Origin: Anthoceros angustus
Taxonomy: Eukaryota > Plantae > Anthocerotophyta
DNA: 64,000 nucleotides
Assembly (NCBI GenBank): GCA_010909165.1
Contig: MU008162.1
Span: 1,798,001-1,862,000, forward strand
Direction: 5' to 3'
Shown here: positions 12,901 through 26,617 of the stretch, piece by piece
Numbering within the stretch: position 1 is the first letter of the stretch
Layout: the number at the start of each line of letters is the position of its first letter
Notes under the pieces: generated by a model
The model's input: the letters and a program-made list of their open reading frames with translations, nothing else
Databases searched by the model: none
Told to the model about the DNA's origin: nothing
Program-made: the position numbers and the translations under genes

Positions 12901-14194
12901 GCCGAGTTAGCAAGTCGCAAAACTAGTTTGCGCACTCGTCTTCATGTTCGACCTATGAACGTCTCCATCCGTGCGACAGCGGCAAGAGTACAAAGAGAAG
13001 ATGATACCCGATAGCTTCAAAGAGCACATCAATGCGGCAAGAAATTGGAAGAGGGTGGAAGATTTGCGGTGGCAGAGGAAGACAACGACGCAAAACTAGA
13101 CATTTTCCATGTTCAAAAGCAAGCAAAGGTCCGTTACTGTAATAACCGGTGATATTCGTGAAATGGCTGCCTACTTGGGGAAAAGAGAATACAAGTCGTC
13201 GATTTACCAAGGGGCAATTTATCGGAGACATGGGATAAGGAGATGACATGTGAGGATTTGGAGAAGATAATGGATGGATTCATGACAATCACCGAATGCA
13301 AGACTTTCCGTGATATTTATGCATGGACGGACGGATCGGGATGTCCAAATGCACGCGAAAATGGTGTGAAAAGGGGGTTTATACAATGGTCCGGGAGAAA
13401 GACAATTTGGTCTCGGACGAGGGACTTTACGAGCTGCGAGTACATGACATGGGGTATGGTGTTCACCCTTGAAGATATGAGGAAGTGCGTGCATTGTCCA
13501 ATAGTGCGGCGGAGATTGGAGCAATGCTGCGTTTATTCGACATAGCGCGATCGTGAAGAAACTTTTGAATGTGTCCAACGATGGCCATGTTGTTTCTCCT
13601 TACCAAAAGCCAATAGGGTTGATGGTTACGCTATGACCTATTCACGGAAGAGGGAATGGGTTATAGATGGATGCTCGAAGCGGAGTGGAATACTTGCGGC
13701 ATTCGAAGGAGGCTGTCTGACCAAGAACAGAGGAGCACCATATTCATCGAACAGCGTATTACAGGCCATGAAGTGTTTCCCACAGACGAGGAAGAGTTGA
13801 CCACCAAACCACACAAACGTGGATATCCGGTTTTTTTTGCCAAGGAGATGGCAGCAGGGAGATCAGTTAAGCCAAGGGCCGCAACGCTACACTTGGTCCA
13901 AGGAACATGCGTACCCATCGACCTTCAAGACTTGAGTCAATCACGGGGCGCAGAAGAAGGAGAAAGATGGCAAAAAGGTCCGGATAACCCTAAGAACACG
14001 AAGGGAAAGAAGTGCGAAGACCGTAAGAAAGCGACCCTACTTGGGACAACCAACATCCGAGACGCTTTGGGTTTGGCGAGTCCCAAGGTGGAGAAACGCC
14101 ATATCTTCCTCTTGCTATTTACGATCCATAGCGGGCGAGAACGATGACATCGTCGTCCAGGAGACGGAAAGACAACATTCGCCAAACTAGCTAG
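9978..14194 (+). CDS. Large spliced gene: N-terminal/acidic region, ParB-like domain and beta-class N6-adenine/N4-cytosine DNA methyltransferase (N6_N4_Mtase); frameshifted here, start approximate
   Basis: Read across indels using both copies: GVLGGNH(S)FYA (12141-12171) ... MEAHIYA.L..DHN; VITGDIREMAAYLGKREYKLV(V)ADLPRGNLSETWD (13139-13236); SCEY; VSPYQKPIGLM..LYDLFT.EGEWVIDGCSGSGSGILAA(LS)EGRNCI.(F)DQE..ST.FIEQRI (13590-13760). Intron 10593-11243 (GTATGT...TGCAG). Confidence 0.85.
10670..11125. repeat. Palindromic 12-bp tandem array (GCGCGCACTAGT)n, about 30 units, inside the intron of the ParB-MTase gene
   Basis: The unit's reverse complement is a rotation of itself. It lies between donor 10593 and acceptor 11243. 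Confidence 0.9.
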
Positions 14195-14460
14195 AAACAT
14201 AGACCGATGTCAACTGTTGGGCATTTAAATGTGAGTCTTAAGTTTGTGCACAAATAACATGGCGGTCAGGAAAAAGCTGATCTGAATGTCTCTCGATGGT
14301 TTTCTCGTAATTTCGATGCGAGAATGTCCCATATCGTGTATCGCACCAAAAATTGAAATGTTTGCGGGTGACTGTCATGGAGAAATACAAAAAGGTGATT
14401 CGGTCTGGTTCCTCGTGTGCCAAAAGGGGTCCGGAAACGTCCGTGTGCCAAAAGGGGTTT

Positions 14461-14489
14461 CAGGAGAAACCCCTTTTAGAAACGACATT
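14461..14489 (-). repeat. Right TIR (outer part degraded) followed by TSD AACC
   Basis: CAGGAGAAACCCCTTTTAGAAACGACATT|AACC. Confidence 0.75.
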
Positions 14490-17400
14490 AACCAGGTCGA
14501 TCAACACAAAACCGATCCTCACGAGAACACTCATGTTTCTTCACTTTAATGGCGAGTTTAGCGATAAGAAACAAAGATGAGCCATTTTTCTTGTGCAACC
14601 GGTATAGGCAAGTGGCCACAACATGAAACATTGATCAAGAGCCCAACAAAATTTACATTGATGCGAATATTGTTTTGTGCAGATAGAACATTGTGTGGTA
14701 CATGTCTGCTCGCCACCAGGACACTCTCAGGGTAGGCCCGGTTAATCTCCTGATACAAATTTTGAGGATCTGGGGTCTTAACTAAGCCAAGGTGGCCGTG
14801 TGCAATGGGACGCGCGATCATTGCGCAAGCACCGGTACATTGCCCTCTCTCTCATGGTTCACATTTTAGAGCTCTGCAAAGAAGTGGATATGGCATTTCG
14901 GATGTGTTCTCTCCTCGATTCTACGATGCAATTGATGTCCATCTTTTTGAGCTTTGGATGGGAGGAGAGTGCAGCTATTGTGTACAAGGCCAAAAACGGA
15001 TTTTTCGATTGCTTGACTTCCGCATAAGGTGAATAGTGTGCAAACAACTCAATTTTAACCGCTCCATCGTTGAGGGGTTAAATCTTACAATAGGTTGCAA
15101 CTAACCACAAGTGCTTATCTCAATTGCATGACGTATTATGTCACATTTTAGATACTGTTTTCTCATATACAATGCATCTTAGCTTTTGAGAAGCATATAT
15201 TGCTAGCAGTCATGATTCATAATGGCGGAATGCTAACATTATGGATTGTGATTGGCACTACGAAAAGTACTACTCTGGATGGAACTTTTAGTTGCTTAAC
15301 AAGAAAAGCAGAATTAACTTGTTTGTATGGGGTAAATTCTTTCAAATGTTTGAAGAGAATAAAAAGTTACAAGAATTGGCAATATACAAGAATTGTATGA
15401 AACAAGAATTATTGAAAGTTTCATATGGAAGTTTATGGAACTTTCATACAAGAATTGCGTAAATGTAAGAATTATTCCATAAACTTCAATTTGAAATATT
15501 TTTTTTGTTCTTGAAATAAGGGCTATAACGGAAACCCTAACCTAACCTTCAACCCGCAGTTAGTTAACCCACGGTTAGGCAAGTTTGAGATTCCTTCCGC
15601 CTAAGTAACATGGGCAAGGCGCGTTGAAGGTGCGACTTGCATCTGCTTGAGCGCGTTCTTGGTGCCGTCTTGAGCGATTGCGGCGTTTTCAAACACAAGG
15701 CATCCGTGTCGGAATCGTGGTGGATGCGCACATGAGGCAAGAGCGCCGCGTTGCTGGTGGGCGACTTCGGTGCTCTTGGGCGTGCATCTCCATGTGCATC
15801 TGCGACTTGAGGGTCTCTCTGACAAGGAATCCAGCGTGTTGGGCATGAGGGTTGTGAATCGGTGGCTGGTTGAGCGCAGCGACATAGGGAAGACCGCATA
15901 GCGTTCGGTGCGTCTTGCTTGAGCGATTTGCAGGCGTTTTCAGACACAAGGCATCCGCGGTTTTCGAGAATCGTGGTGGATGCACATGTGGCAAGGCGAG
16001 CGTTCTGGTGGGCGACTTCAAGGTGCTCTTGCAGGCGTGCATCTCCCATGTGCATCTGCGACTTGAGGGTCTCTCCGTAACAAGGAATCCGCGTGTTGGG
16101 CATGAGTTGTGTGCTTTGAATCGGTGGTGGTTGAGCGCAGCGACATAGGGAAGACCGCATAGCGTTCGGTGCGTCTTGCTTGAGCGATTGCAGGCGTTTT
16201 CAGACACAAGGCATCCGTTTTCGAGAATCGTGTGGATGCGCACATGTGAGATAGGTGGTGCGTTTGGTGGGCGACTTCAGTGCTCTTGGGCGTGCATCTC
16301 ATGTGCATCTGCGACTTGAGGGTCTCTCGTGACAAGGAATCCGCGTTCTAGTGGGCGACATGCATCCTTGATTGGAGGCGATCCGCACAAGGGCTCCAGC
16401 GTTTTGAGCAGACCATTTTGAATCGGCGGTTGAGGCGCCCAGTGACATAGGCGAGACCTCTCGTTCTGGTTGGCAACCTCCGCATGCGCTTGAGGCGTCT
16501 CGGACGCAAGGCAACGCAGTCTTGAACTTAAACCGGTGGAAGTCTTCGACCGGTGTGTGTTCGCCCAAAATCGTGTGGGTGACAAAAGGCCTCGGTGTCC
16601 GTTTCTGGCAGGCAGGGTCGGTGCGCGGTTGGTGCAGCCAGCCTCGTTGCTGGCTTATGTTATGCACCCTTGGTGCTTGGGTGTGAAAGGCACCCGCGGT
16701 GTTTGGGTCGCGGGCAGCCTTGGTGCTTGGGTGTGGAAGGCACCCGCGGTGTTTGCTTGTGGCATGCAGCCTTGCTTGGTTGTGCTGAGTGTCGCGTTTG
16801 TGGCAGGAAAGGGAGCCTGTGAAGAAGAGGCTTGTGAAGAAGAGCCTTCTGTAAAGGGAGCCCGAAATAGCAGGTTTCCGGATCTATAATTTGGCTTGTT
16901 TCATGAAATGAAGACAACTTCAACATTCCATTCTTTCCCGCATGGTCTGGGTTGCCTCCGTTTTCCTCTAATGCTTGACGTGTGCATCTGCGGTTGACAG
17001 ACATGTCCATCCCACAGCGGCAAGTGCGTGCAAAACAGGCCAACTTTGTAGAGCCTCAACCTCAGCCCAAACCTCCAAAACGCAAAAGGACAGAAGCCAA
17101 TGTCGAAGGACGAGCTTCCGGGAAACGGAAGAGTGCAGCAGGAGGAGGTTCGGTGGTGGTCATGAACCACCAACATCCGCACCATCACCGTCAGAAGTCG
17201 ACTCTCCTCCCACAAGGAGCATCCGATAGGAAGAGTGGGCCTTCACAAGGGACATCACATGAGGCCCAAGCCAAGCAAGGAGCATCAGCTCTGGATGACA
17301 GGCATCAAAATTTTTCGATGATATCGGATTGTGCTGTGGACCACATTGGAGAATCCTTTCTGCAGAAAATGTGTTGGTGAGATTTGCAGATCTATCGTAA

Positions 17401-20400
17401 TGTACCCGGACAAGGAATGGTGCATACATGAAGAAGGAACCGACTCTACAGGAGAATTTTGATCCCATCCCCGGGTGAACGGGTATATGGATGCGTTGAG
17501 GACATGTAAGATTGTGGTTGGGTACATTCTATGGGCTTGGAAGTATGAAGTCCGCCGCAATGCGTAATCAAACTCTTGATATGCACAATGAGGGAGAAGT
17601 TCTTTTCGAGGAATTCTAATCGTCACCTGGTATTGAGTGCGGACAACTGATTCCAAGGCGATGCAATACCCAAGACCGCAAGTGGACTTGACGCCATGAC
17701 AAGTGACAAGGTATGTAGACGAAGAGAATCGACCTCACCCACTTTTCGTGATTGCACCATCACCGCAGCCATGTGCCGAGATGCAGCGCGCACAAGCGCC
17801 GACCGGGTACCATGAGAACCGGTCGCGCGCGCATGCGCGCGCGCGCGCGCATGCGCGCGCGCGTGCGCGCACAAGTGCGCGCGCGCATGCGCGCACAAGT
17901 GCGCGCACAAGTGCGCGCGCGCGCGCGCGTGCGCGCGCGCGTGCGCGCGCGCACTAGTGCGCGCACTTGTGCGCGCATGCGCGCGCGCGTGCGCGCGCGC
18001 ATGGACCCGACCGGCTGCGCGCGCAAGTGCGCGCATGCGCGCGCGCGCATGCGCGCGCGCGTGCGCGCGCATGCGCGCGCGCATGCGCGCACTTGTGCGC
18101 GCATACGGAGCAAGTGCGCGCACTAGTGCGCGCACGAGGACCCGTTTGCGCGCACTTGTGCGCGCATGCGGACCCCGTCCGTCCGGAAGTGCGGGGACGA
18201 GGACCGGGTGCCCGCCTTTGTGTACCCTGAAGCCGAACAGTGGATGTTTCTGGTTGATGCATCTGGTTAATGGAGGCGTGGTTGTCTTTGTGATGCAGAC
18301 ATTCGGGACTATGCTGGCGTTTGTCCAAAAGAAATAGTTCGGGTTGATGATGATGAAGATGGCCGAACAAGCTAGGAAAAGCGATCCTCTCCGAGATAGC
18401 GATGGAGAGAGGCTAGGAAAAGCGAACCACGACCAAAGCACCGCCATCACCGCTCAATATGGGAAATTCATGACGATTCAATGGAACAGAAAGCAGAGGT
18501 ACTTGCACCGCAGTATAGATATTCGGATGACGCCGATAGTGAATATGAAGAGCATGAAACCGCAAATGAAGATGTTGAGGACGAAGAGATGCATCGACAA
18601 CCGCGAGTTGAAGCACGACAACAGAGAGGATATACATAGCGAGGGTGGCTCAAAACGTTTCAAATGTCCCAAGAATCGCCATGCATTGGACGATGCCCAG
18701 CAGCTTCTACAAAGTTTGGACAAGAGGGTCAAAGAATCAGAAGGAGCGAGCCTGTACAACCAACCTCAAGGAGGTAGACGGATGTTCCAGCCACCGCAAG
18801 GACGAAAGGTAAACCAAAAGCGGAAAAGAGGAAGAGTAATGACATTGACGAGACACGACGGGCGCGTCATCACCAAAGTCAGGCCGACGGACAACGAGAG
18901 TGGAGCGAGCCCAACAAAGATAAGGACCTTACATCAAATTCGAGAGTCAAGACAAAAGAGGTGCATTCCGACAGATATGGTTGCCATCACCAAGCGAGAA
19001 GCGCTCAGCATTTCACCGCCTTCAAACTTGGAGTACCGGTCCGCAACTATGAGACGAAGAAGTGCTGCATTATGGAGTTTGTCCATCCGTGTTTGAACGT
19101 TAAAATATGCATACATGATTATGGTGGCGTGTTTAACCCGTTATAGTAGCCGCCAATGTTAATTACCAAAACGCTCGCTTGAAATAAGGGCTATAACGGA
19201 AACCCTAACCTAACCTTCAACCCGCAGTTAGTTAACCCACGGTTAGGCAAGTTTGAGATTCCTTCCGCCTAAGTAACATGGGCAAGAGCGCTGAAGGTGC
19301 GACTTGCATGAGCGAGCGCGAGCGTTGCTTGAGCGATTGCGGCGTGCATAGGCATCCGCGGTTGAGAATCGTGGTGGATGCGCATGTGAGACAAAAGGCG
19401 CGCGTGGGCGACTTCCTGTGCTCTTGCAGCGTGCATCTCCCATGTGCATCCGCGACTTGAGGGTCTCTCGTGACAAGGAATCCGTGTTGGGCATGAGTTG
19501 TGTGCTTTGAATCGGTGGCTGGTTGAGCGCAGCGACATAGGGAAGACCGCAAGCGTGCGGTGCCCGCCTTGCTTGAGCGATTGCGCGCACACAAGGCATC
19601 CGCGTTTTGCATCGAATCGTGGATGCGCATGTGAGATAGGGAAGAGCGCGCTGTGGGCGACTCGTGTGCTCTGCGCGTGCATCTCCATGTGCATCTGCGA
19701 CTTGAGGGTCTCTCGTGACAAGGAACTGCTAGTGGGCGACATGCATCCTTGATTGGAGATCCGCACAAGGGCTCCGCTTTGAACAGCACGTGCATTTTGA
19801 ATCGGCGGTTGAGAGAATATCCGAGGCTCTCTATATTCTTCTTTCCCAATTGCAAAGAAACAACTGCCTGAATGCGAAGACCATGCGTTGTGTATTTCTT
19901 CAACGCGCAGCCTTCATGGTCCTCTTCAATCTCCGGCTTGATAATGTCTACGCTTCACGGACAATGTGGACTCGAGGATTCGTGAAAGGCTCGGCTCGGA
20001 TGCCACCGCTGGTGTTTTGTGCCCGCATCCTCCTTCCCGCAAAATTCAGTCCCATCATTCCCGACCTCCTCCATGGAGCGATGAAGAAACAATTACCGCC
20101 GCATTCCATCTTCCCCTCGCTCCTAATGTCCGGATTTGGCGTGGTATCCGAATGCTTGGCCTACCTCCTCTTCTTCAACCGGAGTTGTATATCGATGAGA
20201 CCTTCCGATGCCTTCCATGCTCGGAGTGGTGTCCATGATTGTCACCTTCTCAATCTTCCGCGACGACGCATCATGAAGGCGGCGTACACCAAAACATCAA
20301 TTCGTGAAACATTTTCGAGACCTGTGCCACCGCCGCTTATGGCCTTCCATTCGCCCGCCCGACTCCGACCGCACGAGTAGGATGGAGAAGCTCAGCATTT

Positions 20401-22390
20401 CACCGCCTTCAAACTTGGAGTACCGGTCCGCAACTATGAGACGAAGAAGTGCGATTATGGAGTTTGTCCATCCGTGTTTGAACGTTAAAATATGCATACA
20501 TGATTATGGTGGCGTTTAACCCGTTATAGTAGCCGCCAATGTTAATTACAAACGCTCGCTTGAAATAAGGGCTATAACGGAAACCCTAACCTAACCTTCA
20601 ACCCGCAGCTTAGTTAACCCACTTAGGCAAGTTTGAGATTCCTTCCGCCTAAGTAACATGGGCAAGAGCGCTGAAGGTGTGCGACTTGCATCCGCGTGAG
20701 CGCGAGCGTTTTGGTGCCCGCCTTGCTTGAGCGACGGCGCGTGGACACAAGGCATCCGCGGTTTTGCATCGAATCGTGGTGGATGCGCACATGTGAGAGA
20801 AGCGCTGCGGTGGGCGACTTCCGTGTGCTCTTGCGGCATCTCCCATGTGCATCTGCGACTTGAGGGTCTCTCGACAAGGAATCCGTGTTGGGCATGAGTT
20901 GTGTGCTTTGAATCGGTGGTCGGTTGAGCGCAGCGACATAGGGAAGACCGCAAGCGTGCGGTGCCCGCCTTGCTTGAGCGATTGCGCGCAAACACACAAG
21001 GCATCCGCGTTTTGCATCGAATCGTGGATGCGCACATGTGAGATAGGGAAGAGCGCGCTGTGGGCTTCGTGTGCTCTTGCAGCGTGCATCTCTCATGTGC
21101 ATCCGCGACTTGAGGGTCTCTCCGACAAGGAACTGCTCTAGTGGGCGACATGCATCCTTGATTGGAGGCGGCACAAGGGCCGCTGATGCAGCACTGACTT
21201 TGAATCGGCGGTTGAGGGCGCCCAAGTGACATAGGCCGAGACCTCGTCCGGTTGGCAACCTCATGGCGCTTGAGGCGTCGCAAGGCAACCGCGAGTGAAC
21301 TTAAACCGGTGGAAGTCTTCGCGACTGTGTGTGTGTTCGCCCAAAATCGTGTGGGTGACAAAAGGCCTCGGTCCGCTTCGCAGTGTGGTTGGTGCAGTGC
21401 AGCCTCGCCGGCTTATGTTATGCACCCTTGGTGCTTGGTGTGAAAGGGGGTTTATACAATGGTCCGCAACTATGAGACGAAGAAGTGCTGCGACTTGAGG
21501 GTCTCTCGACAAGGAATCCGTGTTTGAACGTTAAAATATGCATACATGATTATGGAGTTTGTCCATCCGTGTTTGAACGTTAAAATATGCATACATGATT
21601 ATGGAGTTTGTCCATCCGTGTTGGGCATGAGTTGTGTGCTTTGAATCGGTGGTCGGTTGAGCGCAGCGACATAGGGAAGAGGCTTGTGAAGAAACTTTTG
21701 AATGTGTCCAACGATGGCCATGTTGTTTCTCCTTACCAAAAGCCAATAGGGTTGATGGTCGCTATATGACCTATTCACGTAAAGAGGGAATGGGTTATAG
21801 ATGGATGCTCGGAAGCGGAAGTGGAATACTTTGGCACATCGGAAGGGAGGAACCAGGTTGACCAAGAACAGAGGAGCACAATATTCATCGAACAGAACAT
21901 GTGCCATGAAGTGTTTCCATGCATTTGAGGAAGAGTGGGCCTTCACAAGGCATCCGCGGTTTTGCATCGAATCGTGGATGCGCATGTGAGATAGGGAAGA
22001 GCGCGCTGTGGGCGACTGTGCTCTTGCGGCATCTCCCATGTGCATCTGCGACTTGCATCCGCGACTTGAGGGTCTCTCGACAAGGAATGGTGCATACATG
22101 AAGAAGGAGAAAGATGGCAAAAAGGTCCATAACCCTAAGAACAGAAGGAAAGAAGAGCCTTCAAAGGGAGCCCGAAAGGTGTTTCGGATCTATAATTTGG
22201 CTTGTTTCATGAAATGAAGACAACTTCAACATTCCATTCTTTCCCGCATGGTTTGGGGTGCCTGCTTTTCCTCTAATGCTTGACGTGTGCATCTGCGGTT
22301 GACAGCATGTCCATCCCATGCAAGTGCAAAAGGCCAACTTTGTAGAGCCTCAACCACCCCAAACCTCCAAAACGCAAAAGGATGAAGCCA

Positions 22391-25300
22391 ATGTCGAAGG
22401 ACGAGCTTAGGAAGAGTGCAGCAGAGGAGGTTCGGTGGTGGTCATGAACCACCAACATCCGGACCATCACTGCGTAAAGTCGACTCTCCTCCCACAAGGA
22501 GCATCGATAGGAAGAGTGGGCCTTCACAAGGGACATCACAATGAGGCCCAAGCCAAGCAAGGAGCATCGCTGCTGGATGACAGGCATCAAAATTTTTCGA
22601 TGATATCGGATTGTGCAGGACCACATTGGAGAATCCTTTCTCTGGTGAGAAAAATGTGTTGATCGAGATTTGCAGATCTATCGAGCAGGCCTCTTGGACA
22701 AGGAATGGTGCATACATGAAGAAGGAACTGACTCTACACAGGAGAATTTTGATCCCATCCCAGCGCTCTGGGTGAACGGGTATATGGATGCGTTGAGGAC
22801 ACAGAAGATTGTGGTTGGGTACATTCTATGGGCTTGGAAGTATGAAGTCCGCTCGCAATGCAGAATCAAACTCTTGATATGCACAATGAGGGAGAAGTTC
22901 TTTTTGAGGAATTCTAACTGTCACCGCCTGCTGGTATTGAGTGCGGACAACCTGATTCCAAGGCGATGCAATACCCAAGACCTGCGAAGTGGACTTGACG
23001 CCGCCATGACAAGTGACAAGGTATGTAGACGAAGAGAATCTGACCTCACCCACTTTTTTTCGTGATTGCACCATCACTGCAGGTGCTGGGAGATGCATCA
23101 GGGCGCGCACAAGCGCGCGCACTGGGGTACCATGAGAACTCAGTGCGCGCCCTTGTGCGCGCTCTTCTGCGCGCCCTTGTGCGCGCGCGCACTTGTGCGC
23201 GCACTTGTGCGCGCGCGCACTTGTGCGCGCACTTGTGCGCGCACTTGTGCGCCGCATGCGCGCGCACTTGTGCGCGCACTAGTGCGCGCACTTGTGCGCG
23301 CACTTGTGCGCGCACTTGTGCGCGCATGCGGACAACCCGATTCCAAGGCGATGCAATACCCAAGACCGCAAGTGGACTTGACGCCATGACAAGTGCGCGC
23401 GCGCATGCGCGCACTTGTGCGCGCACTGCGCGCGCGCACTTGTGCGCGCACTTGTGCGCGCATGGGTAGCAAGTGCGCGCACTAGGACCTGTTTGCGCGT
23501 ACTTGTGCGCGCATGCGGACCCCGTCCGTCTGGAAGTGCGGGGACGAGGACCGGTGCCCACCTTTTGCCACTGAGCGAGCGATGGATGTTTCTGGTTGAT
23601 GCATCTGGTTAATAGAGGCGTGGTTGTCTTTGTGATGCAGACATTTGGGACTATCGCTTTGTCCAAAAGAAATAGTTCGGGTTGATGATGATGAAGATGG
23701 CGAACAAGCTTGTGAAAGCGATCCTCTCCGAGATAGCGATGGAGAGGCTAGGAAAAGCGATTCGCAACCACGACCAAAGCACCGTCATCAGCCGCGCTCA
23801 ATATGGGAAATTCATGACGATTCAATGGAACAGAAAGAGAGGTACTTGCGCCAGCAGTATAGATATTCGGATGACGATAGTGCGAATATGAAGAGCATGA
23901 AACCGCAAATGAAGATGTTGAGGACGAGATGCATCGACAACCGGCGAGTTGAAGCACACGACAACAGAGAGGATATACATAGCGAGGGTGGCTCAAAACG
24001 TCAAATGTCCCAAGAATCGCCATGCATTGGACGATGCCCAGCAGCTTCTACAAAGTTTGGACAAGAGGGTCAAAGAATCGTGAAGGAGCGAGCCTGTGTA
24101 CAACCAACCTCAAGGAGGTAGACGCGGATGTTCCAGCCACCGCAAGGACGAAAGGTAAACCAAAAGGGAAAAGAGGAAGAGTAATGACATTGACGAGACA
24201 CTGACGGGCGCGTCATCACCAAAGTCAGGCCGACGGACAACGAGAGTGGAGCGAGCCCAACAAAGATAAGGACCCGTTACATCAAATTCGAGAGTCAAGA
24301 CAAAAGAGGTGCATTCCGACAGATATGGTTGCCATCACCAAGTTGAGAAGCGCAGACTACATTACTCGTGACGCCGATCCAAGAGTGGATGAATCATGGG
24401 GAAAACATCTTCTCCGGAAATTAAAAGGGACCTGCAAGAGGGAGTACTTCCTCCGCTATGTATGATCGATCCAAGGAGTGCAAGCGTAGAGGTCTTTGAC
24501 AAAGACAAGTTGAAAAGGCAGCAGACACCATGGGAGTATTGGGTGGGAACCAGCTTCTATGCTCCAACGCAGAAGACCCGGAGAACTCACACTTCCAAAG
24601 ATATGGAAGCTCATATATATGCAGCTTAACCTGTGCAGAGATGCGTGTCCGCCACGATCACAATGTCAAGGCGATTTCTAAGAGGATGTCTTTCATTGAG
24701 CAAGTCCGATATTCACGATGAAATGAAAATCGCTTAAGAGGGTATTAGCATTACAATGGATTGGAAGTACAATCTATATCGGATGCTAGGCGCCATCGGC
24801 GACGCTCGATCGGGAAGAAATGCACGACTTGTCGAAGACCGCCGTTACATTGCTAGTGTCCCGCCTCATGTGTGGACACGGGTGGACGAGGTTTTCGATC
24901 TTTGGGAGAGGGGTGAGCTTCCGAGCAAGGTAACCGGAAGAAAGGCAGCAAGAGGGAAATCAAAACGTGGGGCCCGGATACGAGCCGGCATTGGGATCCA
25001 AATTTGATGATAAAGCCAATGCATGCGACCAATTGGAGAGTTTTCTGGCATGCCTGTGAAGCGGTGAAAGGATTATGCGCTGGAGAAAGTGATTCAAGGC
25101 GAGTTGACCGTGAGCGGCATGAAAACGTGGATAACGAAGGCCAAGAAGTTGAATGTCATCCGCATGATTTTGCTCGACCGAGGTGCAATTCATTTGCGGT
25201 TGAGAGAGAATATCCGAGGCACTCAACACCGTAAGATATAGCGAAATTTCAACCGTGTTTGATCACATTGTAAGTACCGTGTCTTTTCCACGAGTTAGCA

Positions 25301-26617
25301 AGTGCGCAAAACTAGTTTGCGACTGCCTTCATGTTCGACCTATGAACGCTCCATCCCGTGCATAATCAAGCAGTAAGAGTACAAAGAGAAGATGATACCC
25401 GATAGCTTCAAAGAGCACATCAATGCGGCAAGAAATTGGAAGAGGGTGGAAGATTTGCGAGAGAGTCGGCAGAGGAAGACAACGACGCAAAACTAGACAT
25501 TTTCCATGTTCAAAAGCAAGCAAAGGTCCGTTACTGTAATAACCGGTGATATTCGTGAAATGGCTGCCTACTTGGGGAAAAGAGAATACAAGTTGGTCGC
25601 CGATTTACCAAGGGGCAATTTATCGGAGACATGGGATAAGGAGATGACATGTGAGGATATGGAGAAGATAATGGATGGATTCATGACAATCACCGAATGC
25701 AAGACTTTCCGTGATATTTATGCATGGACCGCACTGATGCGGATGTCCAAATGCACGCGAAAATGGTGTGAAAAGGGGTTTATACAATGGTCCGGGAGAA
25801 AGACAATTTGGTCTCGGACGAGGACTTTACGAGCTGCGAGTACATGATGATGGGGTATGGTGTTCACCCAACGTTGAAGATATGAGGAAGTGCGTGCATT
25901 GTCCAATAGTGCGGCGAGATTGGAGCAATGCTCGCTTATTCGACATAGCGCAATGTGAAGAAACTTTTGAATGTGTCCAACGATGGCCATGTTGTTTCTC
26001 CTTACCAAAAGCCAATAGGGTTGATGGTCCCGCTATATGACCTATTCACGTAAAGAGGGAATGGGTTATAGATGGATGCTCGGAAGCGGAGTGGAATACT
26101 TTGCATTATCGGAAGGGAGGAACTGTATTCGTTGACCAAGAACAGAGGAGCACAATATTCATCGAGCAGTATTACAGGCCATGAAGTGTTTCCTACAGAC
26201 GAGGAAGAGTTGACCACCAAACCACACAAACGTGGACATCCGGTTTTTTTTGCCAAAGAGATGGCAGCAGGGAGATCAGTTAAGCCCAGGGCCGCAACGC
26301 TACACTTGGTTCAAGGAACATGCGCACCCATCGACCTTCAAGACTTGAGTCAATCACAGGGGCCCCAGAAGAAGAAGGAGAAAGATGGCAAAAAGGTCCG
26401 GATAACCCTAAGAACACAGAAGGGAAAGAAGAGCGAAGACCAGAAGAAAGCGACCCTACTTGGGACAACCAACATCTGGAGACGTTTGGGTTTGGCGAGT
26501 CCCAAGGTGGAGAAACGCCATATCTTCCTCTTGCTATTTACGATCCGCAACGGCTGCAAGAGAACGATGACATCGTCGTCCCGAGGACGGAAAGACAACA
26601 TTCGCCAAACTAGCTAG
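22391..26617 (+). CDS. Second noisy copy of the ParB-like + N6/N4 DNA methyltransferase gene
   Basis: ORF 24530 MGVLGGN; ORF 25506 ..VITGDIREMAAYLGKREYKLVADLPRGNLSETWDK; PYQKP at 26000-26014; EGRNCI near 26112-26130. Confidence 0.75.

Larger units (their letters stand above)
4656..14489. mobile_element. ~9.8 kb TIR DNA transposon (Sola1-like) carrying a transposase and a ParB-like/N4-N6 DNA methyltransferase gene
   Basis: The left TIR 4656-4687 is the reverse complement of 26901-26932 (31/32) and, more degenerately, of 14461-14489. AACC flanks both ends (4652-4655; 14490-14493 and 26933-26936). Two divergent internal genes. Confidence 0.85.
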
